Source: Tubulanus polymorphus
Taxonomy: Eukaryota > Animalia > Nemertea
DNA length: 64,000 nt
Assembly: GCF_964204645.1 (NCBI RefSeq)
Contig: NC_134027.1
Location: 9,704,485-9,768,484 of the forward strand
Direction: 5' to 3'
This document shows, piece by piece, positions 12,701 to 28,300 of this stretch. A model generated the notes under the pieces. It was not told where the DNA came from. It saw only the letters and a list, made by a program, of their open reading frames with translations, and did no database searches. Position 1 is the stretch's first letter. Every line of letters begins with the position of its first letter. A program made the translations under genes and the position numbers.

Positions 12701-15700
12701 GCAGTACACCTACGTGACGTATGGTCGTCGGAAATAAAACGTTTTACTTAATACGTACATATGCATATGCATTTCATAATTCTACGTGTCCTCTGAGACC
12801 GGGTTGACAAAACATTTGCATCTGTGTCGAAGAAATCAATGCCCCCTGTAGTTTGTACGCGATGCGACTTTTAGACAAAGGAAAATACGTCATTTCGAAT
12901 CGGAGATCATTTCTCTGGCAGAACGTTATAAAAAACGAATAGTCGTGTTTCCTGAGTCAAGTTATCTATATGATTTTCTCCTGCATTGTCCAAACAGATT
13001 GAGTTACCTATAATTTTGGTGCCGTAAATATTTTGTACCAGCGGGAATTTTTATTAAAAAATTAAAAACTCTTCCAAATAAAGATAATTCATCGTTTATC
13101 TAAGGCGAGAAAAATTGGTACCTCGCTTTTGCTTTCCTCTTAGCTTAAAAGCTCACCCGACCGACCGCCTATCTACCCCGTGCATTACTATTTTTGAATA
13201 TCATGATCAATTTTACCATAATAGACCCGGCATCTATGGGAATGAACTTACAAATGGTATTGCAGTTTACGAAATGATACGGCCGGTTAGGAGAAACAAA
13301 AGGTATTATTTTTCAGCCGAAGAGTGACGTTTTGGCGAGTGTGGCCGTCTGCTTAATGCAAATCGGTCATCTGCTGTCGATGATGACGAATAATGATGAG
13401 CTTTATTGAAAAAAAATACGTGGAAGAAGAGCTCATAGACGTGTGCGGATGCTGGTCAGATACGACATCTGTATGTATTCTTGTAGTTAAAAGTAAACAG
13501 ATTTGCAGTCCTAGTGCCATCGAGAACTACAGCTGACGTACATAATATTCAGCCAACGCAGTAAAATAAAACCGATAGCCCCTTCAACTGAAATAATTAA
13601 ATTCGCACGACGTGTACCTTTTCATACTGGAAACCGAGGTTAAACAAATTTTTGTGTGATTAAGTACAACGAGGTATATAAATAAATTCATCTGGCCTCT
13701 ACAAAACGACGAAACACTTATCTATTCACTGATATATAACCGATACCAAAAGATATTATATTTCCAACTCCAACATTTTTTGAAATATCATACGTCAAGT
13801 TGATGTTCAACAAGTTATCATGTTCGAGTTAAGTTGCCTGAATTTTTATTTTTAAGTTGACATATGATGGATATGCACTTTCTACAATTTCAGCAAATTT
13901 TAGGTTTCATGTTTATACATATGTATAGGCTGATGGAGTCGCATTCAATTTCCGGCGATCTAAACGTGTTTCAAAATTCATCAGGTATATCAGATGAGAG
14001 ATTACCAAATCTTCATGAAAATTATTTCGAAAATGATCAGAAAACATGCTAGCCATGTGCAATCATGGTACTTTTTCTGCCCTTAATGGTAGTATGTCCT
14101 ATTTATCATGGTCCCGCAGTCAGGTTTTTGATTGACAGGTCCTCTCACCCCGTCTATATGGCACATAATAATAGCGGTTAATGGTAACCTGAATAGCCAA
14201 CCTGAACTGAACAACTCGATCTTTAGTTCGCGTTCGCTATTCACAAAATGTCTTTTCAGTTCCTGACCATATAGGAGGTCCCAACATTTTGTCTGGTTAC
14301 ACTAGACTTATTGTGTCGAAATCTAAATAATTGAATGGCTAACATTTAGAATTTATTGATTGCTCTAAAATAATCACCGAGACTAAAATAACTGTGTATT
14401 TATCGCTGTGTTCGTTTGGAGAGGGCCCAGCGAGGTGATTGTCATAGAGGCATACAATTTCAACGTTGCGAGCCTTGCTTGGTGATTACCGCGGTTTTTA
14501 ACAGAATTAGTTCTAATACGTGAATAGCACCGATGTCGTCCCATTGTCGTGTCGCTCGTTCTTAGCCAAACTTCTCTAGACATTTGGGGTCCACAAGGTG
14601 CGAGTCCATTGAAAAGACGCCTCGATGGTGCGATATTTCATATGCTTGTTTAAACCGTATATATAATATGGGTTCATTTTGTTAAATGAACAGCGCAGTG
14701 TGATATAATTTTAGTTTTCAGAACGGCCACAACAAATTGAATGCACAGATAATATCAGTGGCGTCTCCTTAGTATTGACTACACGTTTTTATTTCAGTTT
14801 TAAATGAATATGTACGTGTGCATGCTCTCAAAAGTTTTATTTTGTAAATCATGAAGGCAGTTTTCGACACTAAAGATTTAGTTAGATAACGATTCAAATA
14901 TATGTTTATATGAAATAGAGTGAATATCTGCTAACTAGAGACATATAAATCAGTTTTTCTGTCTGAGAATGTTTTTACGATGCTTGTTCAGCGTCAGAAA
15001 AAAAATATAAGCTCAAACACTAACCGGCCTGAAATTCTTAATACATCATCCTTAGATTAATTTTCAATCGAATTTCTTTTTTTTAAATCTTATTCCATTT
15101 CATTTCGTACTGCGCTATTCTTATCTATAAATTCTTGTTTACTTTTAGATTTAGATTTTCTTTTATTCAATTATATTTCATTGTTTGGTAAGTGTTATAT
15201 TTCATTTATTTCATTCTACTTTCATCTTTATGCCATTCTTATCACTTTTATTCGATAACTTCACATAACTATTTTAGAGTTACATTCCAACGATAGTTGT
15301 AAGAACATTTAAGTATAAACAGAAGAACTTCAACGCCAGTTTGGGCAACGTTTTCGATAATCATTTTCACGATGAGACGCAGCTCAATAGGCAGATGTAC
15401 ATTTTGCAGGGATGTAAAGAAATCGACCTAGGTCTCGATATGAATAGGCGACACGGCGAGCTCTGCCATCGAATGTTGGAAGGTGTTCCACTTCTATGAA
15501 AAGCCCCTTCATGGTTGACTGCGATCGACTGTGATTCAAGTGATACGCTATTTTGTCCGAGAAAAAATTGATTTCGTTGTGCGATAGAATTGCTTTGTGC
15601 ACGGAATCATTCACCAGTAGTGGAGGCAGACGATTACACCAGCAAAAACCCCCATTATCACAGTACATATTATGCATATGACATGTGTGTTAGTGGGAAT

Positions 15701-18700
15701 CTCCTGAAAAAAAACCCCATGAATATACATCACTCCACGTGATGTTATGCATGATCCATAATTACAAAGGTATATAAACGCAATACTTCCCGGATCAAGT
15801 GGTATAATATTTAGATAACGGCATGTGTTGGATAGTACTGGTAATCGAATAGTTTTTCAAACTTGTTTAGTCCGTTTTAAATTGATCATATCATGTGCAC
15901 AGGTCAAATGTGAAAAGTACAAGAATGGAACGTAACAAGAAATGAACGGAAAGATGAAACAATTACTCGAAATAGATTTTAAAAACCGAACATTCACGGC
16001 GAAATTCGGTTTTCGTAGTTAGTCAACTAGTGATCGGAACTGATAACCAGATAACGCATTTTAGTTCTGTCGTCACGCATTTCACAGTGTCAACCATCTT
16101 GGTAATAGGTTCGAACTTACAACGACCGTGCTCAATCCCGAGGTCGCCCATTTTCGGACCATAGTTCCGTCTAACTGACATTCGGTTTCACTTCGCGAAT
16201 AGTCGACTAACTCCGATAACCGAAGTTATCCCTGGAATTTTGAATATCATCGAGATAAAAAATGACAATGGAGATTCACACATTAGCATTATGATAAGAG
16301 TTCTAAGTAGCTTGTCAACGAAAATCGTATTGAAGAGAGCTTTGTCGGCATCAACGAAGATTATTTCAACGCCGATTAGGTAAGAATAATGATACGGTAA
16401 CGCATTTTCACTTCGATCCCGTCGACTCTGACATAAAACGTCGTATCATGTTCTTATCGACGTTTCGGTATACGAAGTTTGCAGACGACTACTGATTAGC
16501 CAGCTTGACTGATTATCACAAAAATGGCAAGAGGATTTTCCTTCGGTCAGTCTCTGTCTCCTCCGTGATATATGCAACCTTATACCGGCTTGTTATTCGA
16601 TACCCAAAAGACGAAAAATCACGCCGGCTAAAATATGACAATATAAAAACCGACGACGAATATTGCGGATTTATTTCTGGATAAAACACGCTAAGTCGAG
16701 AACATGATTCTGTCTTTTTTTATGAATGAGTTATATATCTTCGACGATGATGCTGGAGGAATAGTCTTGTCGTCAAAAATGTGTACCCAAGAACAGAACA
16801 GTCCATCTGGGATCGTAATTTCTTCTAGCAAAGTATGAATATTACACGATAATAATATATCGCTTCGGTCTAGTCGTTTATGGCCAGTGCCGAGTTTCTT
16901 TGAAGGGCAGTTCTATTTCAAGAAAAGGAAATTTTTCACCGTGAAAAGGGGCACTTTCCTATTGAAAAAGGACAGATCTTAGGTATGATTTTTCGATAAC
17001 CTAAACTTAAACAAAAATAAAACCTGAGTAACTGAATAAACCCTTTGAGAATGGATTACTTATTTTCCAAAACATGAATATTGTATCCAAATTTCGAAGA
17101 ATCTTGAGCTGAATTTTTTATACTGACTTTTTGTAGGGGACTTCAAAAATTTTAAGGGGTTCGTTCGCTACCGGCTTGTGTACGTATTCGTGCAATGCGC
17201 GATGTTCGTAAAGATGCAATAACGATGCTTCTCAGCAGACGAATGGTTTCTATTATCATGGCCATATTACGGAAGAAGACATAATTATGCAGAGGACGCA
17301 CAGTTGTTCTAATGGGGAAACGAGTAATGTTTACAAATTTTGTATCGTCGGAATGCGCTATGATAATTCTAATGATAATAATATCATTGATAATGATGAT
17401 GATAATTCATAAAAACTTTATTTTTCGTTGAATAGTACGTACAGACACAATTATACAAAATATCATAAAAAGATAATATCATAAGTATGATCATGAAAAA
17501 CCAGAGTCTGTCCATGGTATGATATTACAGGGTCTATACACTATGCATTACTCCTGAAATTATTAACCACGCTTTCACAAATTCATCTCCAAATCGGAAT
17601 CTATCTAAGCTCTCAGTCGGGCTTACCCGCTATCATACAACCATTCATAGGTAGTGGTTTTAGGAACGCAAAGATTTGCTTTCATCTGTTACATCTGTTT
17701 CGAGAGAATTTAGACTCTTGCGAGAAACGAGTAAAATTCATGGGAAATACAATAGCGTATGCAGCGGTTCATTCGGTAGCGATTTGTCTTTGAGTTATTG
17801 CCTTTTTAGTACGAATGGAATGTTTACCGGTGTTTAATATACGCGCAGACGATTTTGCAACCCGAATGCGCTCATCTTAATAGCTAGAAAATAGCATCTC
17901 CACACAACGTAACATGCTATGAGTGGATTAAATGTAAACACCCATCCTTTTCCAATTAATTAGTTCTCCGATTGCCGACTGTGCACTATTGCTTTTTAAT
18001 TTTCGTCGAGTTACATTGCGACCGCTCGGGAGCAATCGTTTGTTTGACAAATGGGGCTACATTTTCCAGGCGATGACTCCGAATCTAGCATCTTTTATCA
18101 TTTTGGAGAAATAATAAGTTCATTCGCTGATTAATCTTGGCAAAATCTCCACGGATTGAATCCCCGGGAACATATGTCAATGAATTGTAATCTGTCGAAC
18201 GACAACATTTTCCTCCCAATTCGTTGATTACACACGTGCGGAGAGGCGAAATCGGCGCAATCCCGTGGAAGGCCATTTACAAGAAATAAAAACGCGATAA
18301 TGGTGACGTCTTCGGCATTTCCCGGGAGATTAGTGGCTCGGTAATATTCGTTCGGCGGTGGTAAAGGCCGCATTTACAGATAATGTCTGTCGCTCGGGGA
18401 AAGACTGTAAATTCGTCATTTCCACGCGAAAAAGAAAACTAGCAAATTGTTGATACATCGATGTAATGAACATTTAAGTAAACGTATATACATTATGTAT
18501 TAGAAGAGAATCGATATTTTTCAGCCAGCTTATTTTTTATTTTATAGCAAACATAATATCTCCATCGCAGTGAGTGAAACAAATGAGAAAAAATTTAACG
18601 GATTTGACGAAAGACCAGTTCAATCTTTAATTTTGTATTTGATTCGTAGAATATTTTTGATTTTTCTTAAAACTTTGAAGATTATCATTCAGATTCGATA

Positions 18701-21700
18701 TTTTGATTTGCTTCAGTTATAGAGGACTTGACACGTACACGCGTAGAATTTGAAATCTTCTGAACTTCAGCTGTTTCAGGGTTGAAAGTGATCAATCTCA
18801 GACGCCTATTGATGGACAACAACTGTTTCCTATGTCACCAAAAGGCCAAATCATCTAAGCGAATCGCCGGCTGTGAAAACCAACGTATCATTGTCAACCG
18901 TGGACAGCGTCTATCCATCTGGCACGCGTAGTTCCCCTCTACAGATGGCGCTGGTTATAACCCGTGACGACGAGTCTAACCGCCCTAGCCGATGCTACAG
19001 ATGTAGCCGCGGTGGCCTGCTGCTATCACCTTTTGTTGAATAAACCGATTGAATTGGGTCGCCTGGCATATGGATTTTCAATAAGTGACCACTGTTGTCC
19101 ATATCGATGAATGTGCACGCTAATTGGCGAAACAAACCGATGACGTTCGATCCGAGCGTCCCGTCTAATTGACAAAACGACCCGTCAGCTGGCCCGGGTT
19201 CCCGATCAAAGTCTTTCGTATATAAAGGATCAACTAAGATGCCTGAATGAAGCAACTTAGGTATTGTAAGATTCTCGTTGTTGTTACACAACGCGTCAGA
19301 CCGATTGTAGCTGTTGAACTGTTTGAAAACAACGGAGCAAGAGTAGTGATTAATACTAGCAGAAGAATCCATACATTCATATTAATTCATATAAGTGTTG
19401 ACAGCCGATCAGTCGGTTTCAAATTGTATTGAAGAATGAATACATTTTATGTAACTATGTAAGTCGTGTGAATCAATGTCAAGATTCTCGTAATCGGGCA
19501 ACTACAGATAAAAAACCGAAATGCATGTAAAATATCCTATAATTTGAAATTTTCTAAAGATGTGGTTGTTAAAACTTCAAAGGGAAATTCTGTACACAAG
19601 TGAATCAGCGATAACTTTTGTGAATGATGTTCTTGTGATTGGTGAACACCATCTTCCCTGAATTGATTTTTCCAGAAAAATATGAATAAATGCTGGCGAA
19701 CTTAAAGCAGTACGATATGTAGATGTGACGATGCGATTTACGATAAATGATTGATCTACGTTGCAAAACCATTAGAAATCGCACTCAATTTCCAGCAGAT
19801 ATTTGTTGAATTTCTACTTCAATTGCATCTGCTTATGGTGGTTTTCTCAGCCACCAATTTGAATCATTGTTTATTGATATGTTCGTTTGACGCTTGAGGG
19901 CATTCGTTGGATGAATTTTCGTCAAGCTCTCAATATGCGTAACACATCCCGGCGATGGATCCTTTTTTCGACGCGAAGCCTGAAAATGCCGCCAGCCGAA
20001 ATTAGACAACCACGCCTAGGCATTCTATACTTTCTAAATGATATCACACTGAGTGGCGGATCTTTTTTAAGGCAGGTAATATCACAATTAGATATACAAT
20101 ATACACACGTGTTACAAAAGCGGTGAGAGTATCGATATTTGGAGCTTATGTGTACGTCTGCGATAATGACACCGGTATCGGTTTACTTGCGCGGATAAAA
20201 GGCTGCTTGAAAATTGCGGAATTCGAATCGTGCAAAACAGCGGTCAACCCGAGGGCGTAATGACTTTGAAATCGAATAAGGTCGCGATCGTTAATTTTCG
20301 TTGAAAGATTCAGATGAGGCAAGAAACTTCTGGCATCAGGAGATCAATGGATAATGTCTTTTACTGGCGTGCTACGCGTGTATCGAGGTCGAACGAAAAT
20401 AACCCGAATGTCGATCCATCGCTCGACTACGTGTTTCGTGTTTAAAACGTGAAAAATTGATATGATATGCTAGATATAAAAACGAGATGGAAATAGATAC
20501 AAGCCCACACGATAGAGTAGAGAGAGGCTTGTCGTCCGTAAAATAAACAATTTTGTTTTACATACATCAGCTAGTTTTGTGACCTTGAAAATCGATACTA
20601 CGAGGAGCACAGTAGTTTGAACTCGTCACGTAGGACCAGACAGACAGGCAACAGCGCAGTTTCTTGTCATTCGTTCCCATAATGTCGGGAATATCGGGCT
20701 CGCTTACGTATTCTACTTGAGAGAGTAATCGGACTTCGTCTGTATAGTAACTACGGATCGATAGCAGTTAATTGAATTTCCAGATTCTCGAACTTTATAA
20801 AAAAAGTTTTCAAGATAATCACTTCCCTTCGAATCCGAAACGCTGGCGGGTAATTTTAAGTGCTTGTTTTTAAAGCGACATGTAAATGAAATAATTTTAA
20901 ATGAAGAAGAGTATTAATTTGATTTCCCCATTGCGCAAAACGGCAACCGTCTCTTTGATCTTAACTTCAAGTATTGCAACGTTTCAGAGTCCGTGGTTAT
21001 AGCGAGGATAGGTAGATTCTGTGAGAACACGCAATATGCCAGACAGACAACAAGTATGAACCGATTTGACAGTCTGACATAACAAATCGTATAATACGCA
21101 TATTCCATATGTATGATAGGATTTATTTACATAAAAGATTGTTACAGAGTTTACATTATGAATAAATAATTTAAGCAAAACAATGTACCGATGAATTATG
21201 CGAGGAATTACAAGAGAAGCCATAATCCCTCGTCCATACACTGTCACATATACGCACACGTATACGTTCTGTTTTCTGTAGATCAACATCTAAAAAATCC
21301 TTCTATGTACATATATCAAAAGAAAAAGCGTAGCAAATTAATTTGGGTCTTCATACTATTATCAGGCGACACAAATCGCTTTACCAGACGATAATCAAAA
21401 CGGTCGTTTTAATGACAGATGAAATAACAATTCATTTTTATACCATCATAGTTTGTTTTCAATTTTATTCAGTTTAGATATGTATTTCATTTTCTATGTT
21501 TATTCTGCGACAACATGTTAGGGAACTAGTTACGTGTTTACAATTTAAATCTACTTTTTAATGAAAAGTTTGTCATGCAACGACCGATCGAGTCATATTT
21601 TTTTTCCTTTGGGTAATACGCGGTGGATCGCCTTTTCGACTTTCATTGATTTTGGCAGCTATCGCGTGACTCGTTCGCAAGAATGGTCATCGTGTAAACT

Positions 21701-24700
21701 GAGAACGGATCTGCAACCGCCACTGAGTCTGGGCTGGAGAATTCATATGCATACAGGATGCACGATACCTGAGGTAAAATCGGTACATTCTAACTGTCTC
21801 CCGTTTTTTTTTTAGATGAATAAAAAGCAGCCCCGTTCGCGGGGCGATGTTATTATTATGCCAGCGTGTACTACAGAGACACAACTTATGTTTTATAATC
21901 AAATCCTGGCGAAGTTTTTACTCCTAGTGGTCACTGAAATCCTGAACCTGGAGCTCAACTAATCAAAATCTATCATTCATTCTTTGCATCGATGCATTAG
22001 GCCTGTTTTTCGGGTACCGGATTGAAATTCATATTTCTTCGCAGCACATCTTCCCTATGTCGTATAAATCTAAAAGTTTTTTTCGGTGTATTTTGGTAAT
22101 TGCTTTGTTCATTCGAAACTTTCATGTGAAAATCGGACGCATTCTTGTCGATGCAGTGAACCGCACATGTCCCTTTGTCAAGCGGCATCCCTCTCGTTGT
22201 GAGAGCTCTCCAGATGAACCGTATACGGAAGCGTCCTAATGAGGAAATATTAACTGCCACGATGGCCGACGTCTCCAATAAGTTTTTTTGTAAACAAAGC
22301 CCGACAAGCTAACCAACCATTTGTCCGTCCATATTGTCTGCCGATTTATTTACCAATAGATTATATAATGGCCATTTTGATGGACAATAAGTATCGAGTA
22401 GCTCTCGTAAAGGTTTTTGAGGATACTACAGTTGACAGTTAGCCAATCAATAAACATATGGACACCTCAGTCTGACCAGTGGAAACTGGTACTCGAGTAG
22501 CGAGTAAATATGAAACTTCCACACTTCCTGAATACAAATGAGAGAGAATCCGAGTTCGATAATTCATTTGATATGTATAACAGGGGATATATTTTCAGCT
22601 TTTCAGCATCGGTTACAAGTGTGAAGATATGTAACAATTGGCCACTTTTCCTCGGATTTTGGATGATATTTCATAGACGAAGCGAACATAGTCCTCAAGT
22701 TATCGTTGCTCATGTTCTTTGTCGACAAAAGGATGTCGATTGCCGCTAGATTTGAACCTGAGGGGTTCACTTCGACCCTTATCAGTGATTATCAGACACT
22801 TTCGCCCCGTTGTAAGATTTCGACACACACACCTAAGTCTTTATTGTGGAACAAGGCCCAAAGTCTAATTCTTCACTCGACTGCTGTTTTTTTTTTCAAA
22901 TATGGGCGTTCCTAGAATTTTTGACTGCAGGAGAGAAATACGCTTAGGCCGATTATTCTGGACATAACTGTTCTGTTCTTCACTATCTTTAGGGTACATC
23001 ATTTCAAGAATAAAAACTGATGATAAAGTAGGACTAATGAATCTTGAAAATATTGGAAATGAGGGTTGTCGTGAACCTTACACGAACCTTAAACTCTCTG
23101 TTAGACGACCAACGCCTGCAATGCGATGGGCCAAGCGAAACATTCATTATGAAGTCATATCTAATAATCCCCGCTGCATAGAACCCACTCAACAATTGAA
23201 CAAAATGACGACTCAAGACATTCATTTGAAAACACATTTGCGAAAAGCTAACCGGTTTCTGTCCCTATAATGCCACTCGCAACGGGCAAAAAAATTTACG
23301 TGAAGATATTTGGACTCGCGAAAAAGGTTACGCGTTTGTTATCCGTTCATTTCAACGCCAGAAACCTGTTATACGATACGTACGCCATAAAGACAGCTAT
23401 TGGGCAACGTGATTGCCTTCTGGGTTCTTCTGATGAAGAGCCACGTCAGTGACGAGGTGAGGGCCCTTCACGTGAAATCGGAAACCGTCTTTTGCTTGCT
23501 TAAACCTCGCAAGATATGTGTTAACACCAAAAACACAAGACTCATCCTATCTGGTCGCAATCAACGAACCCTTGACTGTCAAGGGGATCATCTGTCACCA
23601 ACAGTCGAGCCTACTCACTGTCACAGTACGCGAACACCTAGACAAAAAAATCGGGATTTTAGGATTAATGAAAAAAATATCAATCTTACGTCAATGCAGC
23701 AAAATGATAAAAACGCCTCGTGGTGAAGATATATCTAATCGTATCTAATTACATATCTTTGGTTGATTCGAAAAGACGAGCTCGCTGTCTGCATTTTTTC
23801 ATATAGTTATCTTAACTTCTTAGAATCAGTAACCGATAGATGCAGCGACAGTCTCTATTTCACACCACAGCCAGCGCCGAGATAAAATCTCAATTTGTCA
23901 GTAGAGGATGCAGGTAGCCCGAGGACCCAAGGCGCACGTTATCGTGGTCTGTGCAATAATTCGAGTATATCTATAATGGTCTATGTAATATCATAGTCGA
24001 TATGATGAAAGTGTATCTATCAATTACGTAAGTCTTCAATTAAACGGGTCACGGATCATCTGTGACTTCAAATCTCTCCCCAGCAGAAGTAGCAACGCTT
24101 TTGAAAGTGCTACGTATCGACGAGTACTTATGATAACGTAAGTAAGATCAATTTCCACCACCCGAACCCAGGTGAGTTCATTCCCAACAAGATTAACCGA
24201 CAACGCATACGTAATGATTGGTCTTAAGGAAGAGAAAAAAGAGAACAAACAATGCGTACAGCGTTTCAGAGTTGGACATTTTTATGAAGATGAAGAACGT
24301 AACAATTAAAATTCATTTTTCCAAACATGTACAGCCTCGGGACGATTTGGTTTTTCCAGCGCGGGAGACGATAATGTATGCCTGATCTAGACCTCATCCA
24401 AACGAATTTAATGCAGGTCCTAATTGGAAATGTCATGATCATACCGTGTCGAGTGATTTTGTTCATTTGATTTTCAAATTTCACCTGACTGCCGGAGAGG
24501 ATGGCTTAACATCCTCTAAATGACTGCCCCGCGGACATGTCAGCTGTTAGGATATCCTCGACTGACGACTTTTACTCCAATTATCTCAGAACCGATCATA
24601 TTTGGCACATGCTTACATTCCTTTCGCCCCGGGGGCTGTCATGTCCGGCCGATGGGTTAGCCCGGAGGAACTCTGAAACCGACAAGAGCTACTTGTCCTC

Positions 24701-25010
24701 GATTGGTGATTCAAATCGAAAAGGAATAGTTCTATACGCTTAGTTATCTTTCGACGCTCTTCGACCTAATGGGCTCTCTTCAATCAATGCGCGTTGAATT
24801 TGTTTTAATTTTCTGTCGGTGCTCTTTCATTTGTCTAATGCGAATGAGAACTCGCGCGTATTTGGCAGATGATTCTCCGGCTGAGAATCAATAAAGTTCC
24901 GGCTCTTAATGGATGCTAATACGTATACTTCGCTCTATTCTGAACGGGAGAGTGCGAATTTTCAAACTAACGGTAAAATCGGACACCGATATTCTTTGTT
25001 CGTACATTTA

Positions 25011-25337
25011 GTGGTTGTTTGTCTTCATTTTTGACGCCGTAAAAACCTTTACAACACTGTTTATCTATTTTTTTATACCTAGTAAGTGTTAGAGGTTCTG
25101 CTTGAGTCGATGTGCACACGTCATCTATATTGTTTCAAAATGAGTTTCAAAATAACAATGGCAATGATGAATTTTGGCGTTTATTTCATAATTGCATAAC
25201 TATTATTCTGTATTTGAATGATATCAATGATCATTTTTGAGAGAATGTGCACTACGTCATCGATATATCGGGGTTAGACTGGTTGCCGGTCAAATCAATT
25301 ATCGATATATTCAAAACCAAAATAACATTGATCCTTG
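25011..25337 (-). repeat. Dispersed repeat family A, copy 1 (inverted)
   Basis: gtgcactacgtcatcgatatatcggggttagactggttgccggtcaaatcaattatcga and tgacgccgtaaaaacc are reverse complements of blocks at about 36420/36677 and 40029/40296. Confidence 0.85.
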
Positions 25338-28300
25338 AAAATATACAATTCATATTATATTCTTCAATGTCGACATTATTGTAACGCAATATATGGGTGT
25401 TATTTTTCAAGGCGTTAATAAACTTTCTAGTTAGTTTTCTTGATAAACATTTTCACTGCCAAACTGCATGGAATCTGAAAAAAAAGAAAAAACAGCGACA
25501 TTCCTTGGCAATAAATTACCAGTGACCCGTTGGCAAATTCACGTCAAATCAAACGGTACTAAAAACAATGACGAGCCGTATAAACAGCAAATGCGTTCAT
25601 CGGGTTGATGGGTTGTGTTCATCCGCGTGTAATAACAGGTAATCTGGCAACAAAACCAAAATCAATCAGCGCAACGATGAAATGGATCTCCGCGCGTCGA
25701 AAGAGGTGACAATTACGGCGAAAAAATGTGTTGATTAATTAAAATTAACTCATCACAAAATTCCGCATACATCATCAAAATCGTTAATCGAGAATTGCCT
25801 TCGATTCTGAATCATCAGAGCGGAAGTTAAACGGCTATCTATCGTCTGGTGACGACAAAGTCAGACAATAATGGAGAAGACTATGTTGGCGTTTTTTGGC
25901 GGCGCATTTATAACTCGGCTGCCCACGAACGCGGCCAACCTTCCCTTAGGCTATATACATAAATACCATTCATCATCGGTGTTCGATTACGATTTGAAGA
26001 ACGTTAATTCAATTCGATATTTCCGAGCCTTAAACATCGCAATGTGCAAACTATCAACGGTGAAACCCGTATTCGTGAAGGAATGGCTTTGACTATATTC
26101 TAAAATTTTGTTCTTGTAGAAAAGAGATACTATTATGTTGTGGTTTTATCCACGTATATGAATATATGTGTTATTTTTGTAATCGAATACCGAGATACAT
26201 TGAGTGCTTTAAAAGAGGTCAATAATGTGAGAGGTAAAAAATATGTATTTTCCCCTAAATATTCACCGTATTCGAATTTCATCGTTGGAATAGGACTCGT
26301 TCAGCTTCCAATTACTTTATTGTATAAGTTTATCCCCGAGGAGGATTCGTCGAAACATGTGACACATGTAATTTAAAAGAAAACGTTGTTCTGACGCACG
26401 CTTGCGTGTTGTGACCTATAATCCACACAAGTCAGGCTCGATTTGAAACCGATTTGACTTTTTATCGGCGTAAAAAAAACTTAGAATGCTTGGATATGAT
26501 TGAGATTCGAATGGGTGATAAGTATTTGGATGTTGGAAAAAAACAGTAAAAGGTAAAACCTAGCACGCAAAGAAAGACATAAACCAGAAACGCGAAACGG
26601 AAACAAACTTTTTTTCTGCATTGATTTCTTATTTCACTCTTAGGTGTGCATACATATAGAATTTGAGATTCGTCCAAAGAAAACTAATCTCAAGTGATAT
26701 CGTTTCAATCCACATGTGATTATCTACATATCTAGAAATACGTGTGTATATACGTATGTCCGAGGGAAGGCCCGGGCAAGGTCGAAATCCGGATTGTTTG
26801 TTAACAGATTGCTTCGTCTTGAAATCGACGGTAGTTGACGCAGTGTTTTTATGGCTTATTCATATAACAGTAAACCTCGCCCAACTCGGACAAACTGGGA
26901 CCGGCAAAATTGGACAAGCAAGTGAAGTCCAAGTTAAGGATAGGAAAATATGTTTGCAAGTCATAAATTAATCATTAATTATATTATCGAGTTGGTCATA
27001 AGTCCGAGTCGTCATGCCCGCCGAGTAAGGCGATGTCTACTGTAATTGAAGTCGATGCCTCAAAAGTTGTACCATCCATTTCAATTTGATTTTTATTGCA
27101 CCGTAATATATGGATAACATTATGGTCTTTTTACAATAAAGAGGAAAAGAGATAAGAATCTTCAAAAAGGAATATATGAAAAGACGGAAGAAACAAATAA
27201 AATTTACCTGAAGAAAGAATATTGTTTAAGACAATGCGAGATACGTAAATATATATTTTTTTTCGAGATGAAAAAATCGCTGTTCCTGAGTTCGTATAAT
27301 GGTAATTGTGATCGGTTTCACGGCTGAAAGGTTGAATCAGACGATGCGAGGAAATCTATTCACATCTTCACGTCGACCCTCGGGCGCAATCGGCGAAGAG
27401 ATTTCTCATTCCGTAGCATACCCGAGAATCCGATAAATAAATAATTTTACGCGCAAGAAGGCAAGCGAAAAATAACGATCTAAACGGGTCATAGTCGGTA
27501 AATTCGAGATGAAAAAAATTGATAACCTGAGGTTGTGAATCGTCACGTCTGGTGTCCATCGAAAACACGGGGATGCTATCGATGTTTCCTGCGAGGGGAT
27601 CGGCTAATGAGGGTTGTTCTATACCGCGCTAGCCCCCGGGCATCTCTCTCAGACCGATCAGAGGCGCGCGCTGCTTAAGATGATTTTTATGGACAACAAA
27701 ATGAGTCTGTTGTATTACCGCTATTATAAGGCCTCTTGGATTCAAGCGGCGGCGAATTAGCGGAAGATTACGAATAATTGGGCGCGTTGACCACCGCACT
27801 CGTTTCATCCACCTCGGGCTACAGCGTGGCTGCAATTAATAGGAGATTATTTTTTATTAAGGAGTTGACCCATCACGAAGTCAAACGTAAGGCTAATTCG
27901 CCTTCAGGGATACGCGGATGATCACCGCCAAGTCTTAAAGCTGAACCGACGGCGGTTGAAATTCTCCAATGCGCAACGTTGTGTTTGTGTTGCGCGGGCT
28001 CAACGGTCTTATCTTTCTTTCAGCGTCGCCTGCCGCCTGGTATCAGAAATTGATAGTCTCTTTAGCTCTCAGTTCACCGTTGAATCGATTGTACGTAAAC
28101 TATCGAAGTAACGATAGTTCATTTTTTTCGTTGCAGTGAAACAGGTCGATAAGGCATCGCACAAAGAGCACCGTTCAAGTCATCAGACGAAATATCCCAA
28201 CGTGAGTTTTTGTCTATCTTCTTTTTGGGGGTGGCCATTGTGCTCAGATTATACCCTGTAAAGTATAGTTCCATCGCCATAACTCCATACGCAACTAACC

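Noticed and set aside
24532-24647. 13-bp imperfect inverted repeat CGGACATGTCAGC / GCTGTCATGTCCG
   Set aside because: A single short match with a mismatch; could be chance or paired TALE-type sites, not enough to call.
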